Below are positions 26,701 through 38,151 of a stretch of DNA of 64,000 nt, one piece after another. Made by a program: the position numbers and the translations under genes. Each line of letters starts with the position of its first letter. The first letter of the stretch is position 1. Below the pieces are notes generated by a model. That model ran no database searches. It saw only the letters and a program-made list of their open reading frames with translations, and was not told the DNA's origin. The DNA is from Octopus bimaculoides (Eukaryota): assembly GCF_001194135.2 (NCBI RefSeq), contig NC_068988.1:51482689-51546688 (forward strand). The letters run 5' to 3'.

Positions 26701-28199
26701 TATATAAAAGTTAATAACCTTGTATTCTCAATCTCCAGTTGTCAATTTTGACATGCTTGAGTGAAGGAAGTAGTTCATGGGTGGGCAGCCAATACATAAG
26801 CATATATGTATTTAGACGACCTCTGAGAAAATATCAGGCAAATTTCTCTCAAATTACACCCTACCATATCAAATAAAATGGCAGTGTGGTCATAGCTGGA
26901 ATGATTAAAGATCTACTCTATCAGGAAAACCAAATGCTTAAACAACAACTTGGTTTTTAAATTTGCTTGTTGCCTCATTCCTGGTAATAACATTTTCACT
27001 TCTCTATAGTTTGCAACTTCTTTCTTCTCCACCTTTTTTTTGATAATATTAAATTCCTTCATGTTAAAGATATTGCCTAGAGAAAGAAAAATGACGGCTA
27101 CAAGTTTTGATTTCCTTATGTTTTTATCACATTTTATGTTCCAATAGAAAATGGAATTTATCCTTTTTTAATTGTCAAGTTTGTATGGAGTAATACAGCT
27201 CTTGCTCCCTCCACCCCCTTCTCATTCTCTTTCCAAAGGATCTTGTATAACCCTCGCCTCTTCCTTAAACAAAGTGAAATAAAATATAATTGCATGTCTA
27301 AAATAAAATTTTACTAAATAAAACACAATTTCTTTTCTTTCTGTATTTTGTTTTTAATGTTAGAATTCCGTGGAATTAAGCAATTAACAAATATATGTGT
27401 GTGTGTGCATGTAATATAAATTCCGTTAAGGTTTAGAGCTTCTAGAAAATTCTGGATATTTTTATTTTCTATTCAAACACATTTATTTTTAAAAGTGTCA
27501 CACATCATAAACTGTTATGTCTGTGTGTGTTTTGGGGCTTCTGGAATTTGAACTCGCAACAGGGTTCAAGCAATGACTATTAATTTTTGCACATGAGTTT
27601 AAAGGTGAAAATTTCCTTGAAAAGTGATACGACCTGTTAATTTTTTTTTTTTTTCTTCTTCTTTTATCATGCATTGTTCAACGATAATTGCAAAACAGTA
27701 ATTCTGGATAGATTTTTGGAAATGAAAATTTCTTCATTATTACCTCATAAAGTTGTGTATAGCATAGAATTATTAGTAATTTGATTTTTATAAATTTCAG
27801 ACTTTTTCATTTTTAGGGGTGGGGTGGGGTGGTGACCTTAGTTCTTCCAATTTATTATAAAGGATTACTACATGGCAACTTGGAGAAGTGCCTTCTCCTA
27901 TAACCTTGTGAGTGGAATTGATTGATTGAAACTGAAAAAAAATCTATTGTAGCTGGGGCTGACAAGAAAACACCCTATCCGAAATTCATGTATCCATTAG
28001 CCAAATAGGTGGCATTCTAAACCAACCATGGTATTTTTACACCTTTTTGTTCCAGCAAGAATACTTCCCCATGACAAACTGCAATGAAAAGCCATTTTGC
28101 AGGTTCAAATATATCTCAAACATATTTGAACTGGTATCATGTTTATTTTCTTCTCCATCACTGCTTGGCACATCTACTCATGAGTGTCTGTATGTGTGA

Positions 28200-28525
28200 A
28201 GCCGCATATGGCTCAGTGGTTAGATCATCGGACTCACAATCATGAAGTACTGAGTTCAGTTCCTGGATTGGGCTGTGTATCCTGTTCTTGAGCAAGATGC
28301 TTTATTTTATGTTTCTCTTGATCACTCAGCCATTGAAATGAGTTGTGATATCACTGGTGCCAAGCTGAATCAGCCTTTGCCTTTCCCTTGATTAATGTCA
28401 GTGATGGAGAGAGGGAAGGCTGGTATGCATGGGTGACTGCTGGTCTTCCATAAACAACCTTGCTCAGACTTGTGCCTCAGAGGGTAACTTTCTAGGTGCA
28501 ATCCCATGGGCATTCATGACTGAAG
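28200..28525 (+). mobile_element. tRNA-derived SINE family D with CORE-like ttgagcaag(a)cactt block
   Basis: Colinear second copy at 60525-60850. Confidence 0.85.
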
Positions 28526-29424
28526 GAGGCTATATATGTGTGTATTTGTGTGTATCCTTGTTTTGACATGGTTGTAAACAAGCATTACTTTCATACAAGT
28601 GATGTTGTTTGTTTCCAGTCTTCTGTAAAAAAACATCTGGCCATGGGAAAATATTACCTTGCATGGAAACAAATGAAGGTTTATGACAGGGCTATAAAAA
28701 ATCTGCCTCAACAAATGTCATCTGACCCTTGCAAGCATGGAAAAGTGGCCATAGTATAATGATGAAGATGATTTCTCTGTTTGTTTATTGTTGGTGTTTT
28801 GTCCCAAGGTCACATTTAATCTAGCGAGACTTATTTATAAAGAAAGACATTATTTTCACTGACTCTAAGATAGAAGGTTTAGTGTGATGTGTATATATTA
28901 TGGCTAAGCATGTACACTACATATATTTGTGTATATTGCCAAAGAGTGTGTGTGTAGGTGCATGCATGGCTATGAGTTTAAGAGTTAGCTTCCTAACCAT
29001 GTGTAGTTCTGGGCTTGGTCCCATTGTGCAGCACTTATATTATGGCCCTTGAACCAACCAAAATCTTATGAGTGGATTCAATACAGAAACTGAAGGAAAC
29101 TCATCGTGTGTATGTGTGTGTGCTCATTTACATTTGCACTTCTTCAAAAAGCCCAGAGTGGGTAATGTTGTTTCCCATGTCACCAAATTAGCCACTGGCT
29201 TTGTCTTCAGAGATGTGTAAATTAGGAGATCCTTTACTTCAAAAAACAGGTAAGAGCATCTAGCTGTAAAAGCAATGCCTAGATAATATATTCACCTAAC
29301 CCATATTAACATGGCAAAATAGATGTAAAAACAAATGAACAAATATATATGTATATATATAAAGCATTTTTAGAAATTCGAGTTTGCATTGTTTTACTGA
29401 TTTCTTTTTCTTTCTCTTAACCAG

Positions 29425-29467
29425 ACCTACCAAAGGATCAAGTGTAACAGGCAGTCGAGACTAAGCT
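29425..29467 (+). CDS. RNF220: RNF220 exon 3: TYQRIKCNRQSRLS
   Basis: ctcttaaccag| and |gtaagt. Aligns to vertebrate TFLRVRANRQTRLN. Confidence 0.93.
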
Positions 29468-30030
29468 GTAAGTTTTTATGTTTTTTCACTTCAGTATCTA
29501 TTCCTCTCTTCCATTTTATCAAAAACGTTGACTTTTCTGTAGGTATACATACAAAGGAACTCCTTGACATAAGTGATAAAAATCTTTGAGAACCAAGTCT
29601 GGTGGTAGAGAATTGTCACCTTGCTTGAAAACTGTTGACAGTTGATGATGGGAAGGGCATCCCAATGTTGAAAATCCACCTTAACAAAATCTGTCCAATC
29701 CATTTGAGTATAGAACAGTGAACATTAAAATAATAGCTATGATGAGGATTATGTAATTCTAAAAGAAAATTGAAAATTTGATCAGTTTACATAGCCTGTT
29801 TCCATTTTGGCCTCTGATAGTCATCTGTCATGGACAGCAGACAGATGTACTGTACTCTGGATGCAACAAACTGTTGCATGACTAGAATGGGCAGTGAAAT
29901 CCCATATGTGACTTATGCAACTGAATAAGTGCATAACTCATCAGAAGTGGGGCCTGTGTTTAACCTCTGTGTCATTGATCTACTCGAGTAACACTGGCTT
30001 GGGCTTATGTAACAGCAAAAATATTATTAT

Positions 30031-30232
30031 TCAGGTGGTGAGCTGGCAGAATCGTTAGCATGCCAGGCAAAATGCTTAGCAGCATTTAGTTTGTCTACAT
30101 GTTCTGAGTTCAAATGCCGCCAAGGTTGACTTTGCCTTTCATCCTAAGTACCAGTTGAGCACTTGGATCAATGTAATCGACTTACACCCTCCCCCAAAAT
30201 TGCTGGCCTTGTGCCAAAATGTGAAGTCATCA
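30031..30232 (+). mobile_element. tRNA-derived SINE with Nin/Deu-like gcctttcatcc...aagtaccagtt block
   Basis: Reverse copy at 53198-53400; fragments at ~8400-8560, 33720-34200, 52930-53065 and 61440-61560. Confidence 0.75.
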
Positions 30233-30987
30233 TCATTATTATTATTATTATTATTGTTGCTGCTGCCACATTTAAAGTACACTTTGTAAGGTGGTTGGCA
30301 TAAAGAAGGGCATCCAGCCATAGAAACCATGATAAAAGGGACAAATGAGCAGCTCTTGTCAAACCAATCAACCCATGCCAGCAAGGAAAACAGACATTAA
30401 ACAATGATTAATTGTAGGAGTGAGTTGATGGTTCTTGCATTTGAGTTGCAAATCATTATCATTGTAAGATGAATGGTAGAAAACTTTGCAGTACATAGTC
30501 AGGTACCTTTACAGAAGGGGCTTGACTTTTGTCCTTTTTACTATCAATAAAATTAGTTCATTGAATTAACTAATTCCCTTTCTTAAATTTGTGTCCCTGT
30601 GCAAGTGCTACAAACCATCATCACCATCCCATGTACTTAATAGTAGTTTTGTCTCTCTGCTTTGCAAATTCAAATCCCTCAAAATACTCGAAAGCTACTA
30701 TTGACCTAAAGTGACAGCAACATATCACAGATATTTTGTCAGTCCCTTCATCCAAGAAAGTGAAAAAGCATGACTGACCTTGAAGCATTTTGAACTGGAA
30801 AAAAATCTTTTTCCTTGACAGAGATGAACTCAAGCACATGAATATAGAATCTGTTTTATCAGACAATTTTAATCTTTTACAATGGATACCTTTCTCAAAA
30901 CTAATATATAATGTAAAGTAAATAACAATGTACCTTTCTTTATTCCATTTTCATTTGTTGTGTCTTTTCCTCTGTTATTTCAAATAG

Positions 30988-31103
30988 CTCGGAGTAGGAA
31001 CAAGAAGAAAAGACCAGAGGAAGCAGTTTGTCCTATTTGTAATGAAAAATTATCTGGAACAGCTCAGGAACTTAATGAACATGCAGAATTGTGCTTGAAG
31101 AAG
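30988..31103 (+). CDS. RNF220: RNF220 exon 4: (S)RSRNKKKRPEEAVCPICNEKLSGTAQELNEHAELCLKK; basic patch + C2HC zinc finger
   Basis: caaatag| and |gtaaaa; phase 1 to 0. Contains C-x2-C-x13-H-x3-C. Confidence 0.92.
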
Positions 31104-31559
31104 GTAAAATATCACCAAGATATTTAGTATTATTTACACTTCATGTGTATATATGTATATATTTATGTTTGAGTATGGTAAAAAGACATGATATACTCAA
31201 AACACTGAGTTTATCAAGTCATTCAAACTTGATGATTTATTCTTTTGCTACACCTGATTTCTTGACTGTGTTTATTATTCGTTCAGGTGACAAAGAGATG
31301 AATCATTCATCTTTTTTTGCACCTGAATGGAAGCACAAAAATGAGAAATTAGTTAGGAGTGGCCAAGGAGTTCATCATCAACTTCAAACATATAAATGTA
31401 CAACTGATCTTTGGGGTTACAAACATTATAACCCGTAATGACTGGTCTTAGTTCTCAAATCACACAAACTGTGGAATTACTATGAAAAAGTATCTTAAAT
31501 TATATTATATTCTAATTTCTTTTCTTTTTTTTTTTTCTTGTTTGTTTTGTCTTTGCCAG

Positions 31560-31689
31560 AAGGAACAGATTACCGAAGATGACCATGTTGACGTGGAAGG
31601 AGATGATAGTGGGGAACAGTATGAAGAATATACATGGGCAGGACAGACAAGGATACGAGCAACAACTATGCTTCAAGGGGGTTTTGCAG
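31560..31689 (+). CDS. RNF220: RNF220 exon 5: KEQITEDDHVDVEGDDSGEQYEEYTWAGQTRIRATTMLQGGFA
   Basis: ctttgccag| and |gtaaaa. Contains the hallmark EEYxWxGQxRIRATT motif. Confidence 0.96.
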
Positions 31690-32484
31690 GTAAAAACTAT
31701 TTTTTTATTTGTAAAAAGTCAAATTACATATTAGTGTATCAGAGAGTAACATGCAAATTTAGTCCCAGCAGAATTTTTAACCCACAATCACTCGATCTGG
31801 TAGAAATAGCCACCAAATTCCCTTCATGTTGCACTTCACTGTCTTAAAAAGAAGGCATAATGCATTGGATGATTCATTCCTAGATATACTGTAGTTGAAA
31901 ACTAGGCAGGATTGTCATAATTGGAGCATCTTCAACTAACAACAGAATTCTAATTCCAGTACCTTTCCTCCAACAGGTTGAGTGTGCAGGGGAGATAACT
32001 TCATGATTGGTTTCACTGTGTATTTTAAACACTTATTCAATATTTGATTTATTGTAAAACATCTCCATGTTAATTTCTTAATATATTTCTTGACTGTAAG
32101 CATGTTACTTTATTTTAGAAATATTGTCTGATATACCAGTCTTATTTTATGTATTTATTTCTAAGACTGAATGATTGTGCTTGTAAAGTTAAGGTGCTGA
32201 AGTGCATGTGGCTAATTAAATTGCAAGTAAGTCCCGTCTCTCACGACATGGTTATATGATCAGTTATAGATAAGGTACCCAGCTGTACATACATTTTCTT
32301 CTACAGTTTCTATATAAAAATCTATAGTCACTGGTATGAAAATATAGAGTTCAAAACCGTGCGCACATATACAAATTTACACTTATGTCTGAAAAGTGAA
32401 CATACAAACTGTTGATTTTGCTTGTTTTGTTTTTTGTGTGATTAATTTCGTGCTAAACTTTGACCTCTTTTTCTTTCTCTTCAG

Positions 32485-32581
32485 GTTCAGGCTTCCAACT
32501 GTCAAGCAGTCGTTTATCTGTGGATGATGACATTGATTTGAATGTTGATGGTGATGACTCAGAGCAATATGGCAAGCCTCA
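32485..32581 (+). CDS. RNF220: RNF220 exon 6: (G)SGFQLSSSRLSVDDDIDLNVDGDDSEQYGKP
   Basis: ctcttcag| and |gtatcctt (U12-type donor). Matches vertebrate GSGF...DLDVDGDDTLEYGKPQ. Confidence 0.95.
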
Positions 32582-33016
32582 GTATCCTTCACTGTTATAG
32601 AATTACTATGCTACAATGCCTCTACTATTATATATATTGCGAGAGATGTGTTTTCTTTATTAATGTTTTTATATTGTTTCTTCATATATGGGATATATTT
32701 GCTTATGACTTCATGGTATACATTTGTATGGGAGTTAAAATTACTATTTGTGCTTCTTCTATTCTTATAAGAGGGGAAAAGTATAGTAGAGCTCTGTAGA
32801 TGTTCATGCTGTTGTATAGTTGAAATTATAGAGTTAGGCTAAGTAAAGACCTAACCAGACACTTGTCTATAGACTCTATACTTTGAGAAATACAATACAG
32901 CAGGGACTTCGATTCATGCAGTATTATATATCATAATTTCATGTCTTTTGTAGAAGAGCCTCATACAATATTATAAAACCTTGTACTATACTGTATAAAC
33001 TACAGCCCTATATAGT

Positions 33017-33405
33017 TGTTGTTGTTGGAACTCTGTCACTTACGACGTCGAGGGTTCCAGTTGATCCAATCAACGGAACAGCCTGCTCGTGAAATTAACG
33101 TGCAAGTGGCTGAGCACTCCACAGACACGTGTACCTTTAACGTAGTTCTCGGGGATATTCAGTGTGACACAGTGTGACAAGGCTGGCCCTTTGAAATACA
33201 GGCACAACAGAAACAGGAAGAAGAAAGAGTGAGAGAAAGTTGTGGTGAAAGAGTACAGCAGGGTTCGCCACCATCCCCTGCCGGGGCCTGGTGGAGCTTT
33301 AGGTGTTTTCGCTCAATAAACACTCACAACGCTTGGTCTGGGAATCGAAACTGCGATCCTATGACCGCGAGTCCGCTGCCCTAACCACTGGGCCATTGCA
33401 CCTCC
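33017..33405 (-). mobile_element. Young tRNA-derived SINE, family B (inside the U12 intron)
   Basis: Reverse complement of 15520-15912; 15-bp TSD acagc(c/t)ctatatagt at 33002-33016 and 33406-33420. Confidence 0.9.
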
Positions 33406-34273
33406 ACAGCTCTATATAGTATTCAGTACACAAATCTCATATAATGCACTCATACGCCCCGATAAATTTTATATTACATTGTAGAATAGTATGGTAGTGT
33501 ACTATAGCATACTAAAGGTTATTCTACAGTAGTAGAACCTACCAGACTTTCCTGTACACTCTTGTATAATACTGTATGAGGTTGTAAAAGTTGGGCCTTA
33601 GTCTAGTACTATAACAGCTGAAATATCTGTACATTATTTTGATAATTGTAGATAATAATGGTGATGTTGACAATCAGGCAGATAATAATAGTTTCTAAAT
33701 ATAGATACAAAACTAGAAATTTTGAGGGTATAGGATAAGTCATTACCATCAACCTAGGAGTGATGAGAGACAAAGTTGACTTTAGCAGAATTTGAACTCA
33801 GAACATAAAGAGCTGAAAGAAATACATCAAAGCAATTTTTATGACACTCTAAAGAATCTGCCCATACACCTCCCTAAATAATTATTTTTAATATAGGCAC
33901 AATGCCAGGATTTGGGGTGTATAGGCTAGTCAGATAAATTTTTTTGAACCCAGGAAGGATGTAAAACAAGGAATTTAAATCTGTAGGATATAAATTCTGA
34001 ACATAGAGAGTTGGAAGATATGCCACAGGGCAATTTATGAAATACTTCAACAATTCTGCCAATCCTCCACCCATTATCATTATTCCCAATAATTGACTGG
34101 TATTTACTTTATTGCTTCAGCTGACCTTGGCAGAATTTGAACTACTAGTTAAAGGGATGTGATTAAATACTGCTAGGCATTTTTCCTAGCTCTTTGTTGA
34201 TTCTGTGATATAATATTTCAAATATTTTTAGGAAAATGGAATACATGTGATTGTTATATTTAGGATTCTTTTT

Positions 34274-34405
34274 AGCGGTTCGGCAAAAGAGACCGATAGA
34301 ATAAGTACTAGGCTTCCAAAGAATAAGTCCTAGGGTCGATCTGCTCGACTAAAACGGCGGTGCTCCAGCATGGCCACAGTCAAATGACTGAAACAAGTAA
34401 AAGAG
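34274..34405 (+). mobile_element. SINE family A, 3' module only
   Basis: ttagcggttcggcaaaagagaccgatagaataagtactagg...gaaacaagtaaaagag. Confidence 0.85.
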
Positions 34406-34569
34406 TATTAGAAATTCATTCACTAGACCCACAAAACCAGGCCTATAATCTTATCTCTTTGAGCTTAACCTTTAGTTCATGGTACTTGCCATAATAATAA
34501 CATAATTTTGGGGTTAAGGTGTAAAATAAAGTGTTGTTTGAAGATATTTTTCTTTAACCATTGCTGTAG

Positions 34570-34656
34570 ATACAGTGAAGTAGACATCATTCCTTGTTCT
34601 GCAGATGAACCTGAAGAAGATAGAGAAAGACAAGCACTTCGGGGTGCCATGCTCGG
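34570..34656 (+). CDS. RNF220: RNF220 exon 7: (Q)YSEVDIIPCSADEPEEDRERQALRGAML
   Basis: gctgtag| and |gtatgt. Matches vertebrate YTEADVIPCTGEEPGEAKEREALRGAVL. Confidence 0.95.
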
Positions 34657-34888
34657 GTATGTGATATTTACATTCAGTGTTACTAAAATATGCAACGTAT
34701 ATATTCAATATTGCCAGGGGTATTTGATATATACATTCAGGCTTAGCTGTGTGGTTAAGGGGTTCGTTTCACAAGCACGTGGTTTCAGGTTCAGTCCCAC
34801 TGTGTGATAACTTGGGCAAGTATCTTCTGTTATAGTCTTTGGCTGACCAAAACCTTTTTGTAATTGTAATGCACATTAATTGCAAATA

Positions 34889-35174
34889 GTGCTGCCGAAC
34901 TGGTTCCTGTGCAGGTGGCACGTAAAATACACCATTTTGAGCGTGGCCATTGCCAGTACCGCCTGACTGGCTTTTGTGCCGGTGGCACGTAAAAGCACCC
35001 ACTACACTCTCGGAGTGGTTGGCGTTAGGAAGGGCATCCAGCTGTAGAAATTCTGCCAAATCAGATTGGAGCCTTGTGTAGCCATCTGGTTTCACCAGTC
35101 CTCAGTCAAATCGTCCAACCCATGCTAGCATGGAAAGCAGACGTTAAACGACGATGATGATGATGATGATGATG
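34889..35174 (+). mobile_element. Retroposon family E, (GAT)n tail, internal tttacgtgccacc repeats
   Basis: Near-identical reverse copies at 43253-43577 and 50876-51300; the ORF track shows the same spurious peptide from these copies. Confidence 0.88.
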
Positions 35175-35884
35175 AAACTTCATTGTAATACAAGCATTGT
35201 TGTTTGTTTGCAGTTTTCTCTGCAAACATGTCTAAGCAAGGCGAAAATATTACCTTGCTTGGAAACAGGTATGGGTTGATGACAAGAAGGCCATCCAGCC
35301 ATAAAAAATATCTACCTCAATGGATCTCATCTAAACTCGTGCAGGCATGGAAAAGAAGACATTGAAATAACTGTTGCTATGAGTATGTGATATTTACATT
35401 CAGAGAGTTATCATGTGTATGTAACATTTTTAGTGTTGCATTGCTAGGAGAATGTAATGTTATAGTTAGGATCCTAACAATGTTGACTTGGTACAACTAA
35501 AAGCAGATAAAAAGTTAACAGCTCATATCCTTGTCGCCAGCACTATGTTTGCACCAAGGTCAAAATGCTTAACTTCCCTACCAATATCCCAGATTCAACA
35601 GACTACTACAGCTAATCTCTGGATTATTTGAGCATTTTGTACTTGTCATTACCTTCTTTACTAAGCCAAGCTGACATTTTATCCATTCTTAGTGTCACAA
35701 AAGGCAAGAGTTATATCACAGTTCTGTGATGTTATGCACAGTAGGAGCATACCAATTCTGGCTGTCCAAACCACCAGTATTATCAAGAAATCATAGTCAC
35801 AACTTCAAATTGATAGAGTTCTGTCTTTATATTTAAATCCACTGGCAATGTTTTGCTTATCACAGAATAACAAAATTCTTTGTA

Positions 35885-36040
35885 ACTGTAGTGACGTCAT
35901 TTGGCGCCAAGGTACAGTCGCCATTACTGCGTTTTCATCTACGCATGCGCAGGGAATAGTTCCGGAAGGAACACTGGAAGAGTCCCATGCGCATGCGTGG
36001 AATTCAACATCTAAACTTCCCGCTCAATTCAAAAGCAGGT
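35885..36040. promoter_or_regulatory. Intragenic CpG-rich housekeeping-promoter-like motif cluster
   Basis: TGACGTCA (35892), TTGGCGCCAA (35901), ACGCATGCGCA (35941), TTCCGGAAG (35960), TGCGCATGCGT (35988), TTCCCGC (~36017) in otherwise CpG-depleted intron. Confidence 0.5.
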
Positions 36041-37330
36041 GTACACCTAATGGTGTATAACCACTTTCCTATATAACCATGTAGTTCCAAGTTGGATCAC
36101 ACTGCACAGCACACTGGGAAAGTGTTTTATACTGCAAACTTGGGTTGACCAATGCCCTCTGAGTGAAATTTGGTATTGGCCATTAGAAACTAAAGAAATT
36201 CATCTTATGTGCATTGTATATGTACAGCCATGGTTGCATGATTAAGATGTTTGATTTACAATCCAGATTTGGTTCTACTATGCAGTACTTTGAATAAGTG
36301 TCTTCTTCTTTAGCTTCTTTCTCCACCCACTCCACCAACTCTGTAAAGTAGTCAGAAACTACAGAAGTCGTATCCACCCAGTTTCTCACCCCCCCATCTC
36401 TCCTTTTCTGCTGCCTCCCCATCCACAATACTTTCGTAACATTCACACTCTGCTCGTCTTCTTATTACTTCTGTTGTACCCTCCAATATCTGCTTTTCAT
36501 AATTCTCCCTCTGCCTCCGCAACACACCAACACTGCCCTCCACCCACCCACCCCCCGACTTACCTCCTTACACCTCCCTTTACTGCAATGACCCCTCTCA
36601 GGTTTCCTTTTCACTATAGTTTATTGCTTCCTTCCAATTGTTGCGTTTCCCTTGCACTTTCTTTCCATACTCATCCCTTATGTTGGAAAACCCTAGAGCT
36701 ACCATTTTTTGCACAACCCACCTTATCATCTTTTCCATTCTGTCTCTCCTTCCCTTTTTCTCAATTCTGTTACTAATCCCTTCTCTTTCCCTCATTCTTT
36801 ACCATATTCCTCATCCCCCTTCTTACCATACCTCTTGTGCCTAGGATCATCAGTCACTTTCTTTTCAGTTGTCATTCACTTACAGAAGCCACTTTAGGGC
36901 TGGTGCTGCATGAGTATCCTCAGTACGCTCTGTAAAGTGGGTTCATGTTAAAAAGGGCATCCAATTGTAGAAAGTAGACATTGGTACTTGATGCAATTCT
37001 CTAACTCATCAGAGCCTGTCAAACTGTCCGACACATGCAGGCATGGATGCCAGAAGTTAAATGATGATGATGCTGATGCATGAATATTCATTAGGCACTG
37101 GTTACGTTGAACTTCTTCATTGACCAGTCGATCTGTATATTCAGAAAATCCTGGAAAATGCATCTCTCATATGGAAAATAGAGAAGAATTGGTAACAGGA
37201 TGAGCATCCTGTTTTAAGATCTTGCCTTAAATAACTCCATCTCTAAACCCATGCTTACATGGAAACATGGATATTAAACAAATGAACATGTGGGTGTGTA
37301 AATGTATATTGGCAAAAAATATGAAGAACA

Positions 37331-37785
37331 TAGGCGCAGGAGTGGATGTGTGGTAAGTAGCTCGCTTACCAACCACATGGTTCCAGGTTCAGTCCCACTG
37401 TGTGGCACCTTGGGCAAGTGTCTTCTACTATAGCCTCGAGCCAACCAAAGTCTTGTGAGTGGATTTGGTAGACGGAAACTGAAAGAAGCCTGTCATATAT
37501 ATACATATATNNNNNNNNNNNNNNNNNNNNNNNNNNNNNNNNNNNNNNNNNNNNNNNNNTATATATATATATATATATGTGTGTGTGTTTGTGTGTCTCT
37601 GTTTGTCCCCACAACATCGCTTGACAACCAATGCTGGTGTCTTTACGTCCCCGTCACTTAGCAGTTCCGCAAGAGAGAATAAGTACTGGGCTTACAAAGA
37701 ATAAGTCTTGGGGTCAATTTGCTCGACTAAAGGCGGTGCTCCAGCATGGCTGCAGTCAAAATGACTGAAACAAATAAAAGAATAA
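37331..37785 (+). mobile_element. SINE family A with N-gap at internal (TA)n
   Basis: Full head and tail. Confidence 0.9.
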
Positions 37786-38101
37786 CAGTTTTTAAAAAAA
37801 AACATAAAATAGTGTTGTCAAATGAAAAATTGCTTGTGATATTTGTTCCACCTGAATTATGCAGAAAATCCCTTGCTGCTTTTGCAGTCAAAAATGTAGT
37901 GAACCAGTGATTGCCTTTTGGGAATTTGGAACCAACAATGCTATTGTTCACAAAATGTGAGATAAAATAAATAAGCAATCATTCTATTTCTGTTGTGTAT
38001 CAATGTTAATAGTCGCATCTAAATGTTACATTGAAAAGTATTCTTTTATTATTCCTTCTGGAGAAATCTATTTCCATTGTCTCTTCTTTTCCATTCCACA
38101 G

Positions 38102-38151
38102 CACAACAATTGGTTCTATGATGGAATTATCAAATTCTACAGAAAGAGGCG
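38102..38151 (+). CDS. RNF220: RNF220 exon 8 (linker): (G)TTIGSMMELSNSTERG
   Basis: Pyrimidine tract + ccacag|, donor |gtaaga; phase 2 to 1, which restores frame only together with exon 9. No recognisable homology. Confidence 0.65.

Larger units (their letters stand above)
32582..34569 (+). other. U12-type (minor spliceosome) GT-AG intron
   Basis: 5' end GTATCCTT; branch-like TTCTTTAAC at 34550-34558, about 12 nt before the AG; no polypyrimidine tract. Confidence 0.88.

Noticed and set aside
27816-27832. G-quadruplex (GGGGT)3GG
   Set aside because: The fourth G-run is only 2 nt; common low-complexity motif with no supporting context.
13380-29424. Intron 2 as a second U12 intron (GTATCT donor; ctcttaac near the 3' end)
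   Set aside because: The donor lacks the CC at +5/+6 and the following TT, the branch-like motif is only 2 nt from the AG, and a normal pyrimidine tract is present. At most a vestige.
34889-35000. CRISPR-like spaced repeats (tttacgtgccacc)
   Set aside because: They are internal repeats of retroposon family E, identical in all copies, in a eukaryotic genome with no cas genes.
36180-36850. Minus-strand LINE reverse-transcriptase remnant
   Set aside because: Purine-rich and suggestive, but no diagnostic motif could be read; needs tBLASTx/RepeatMasker.
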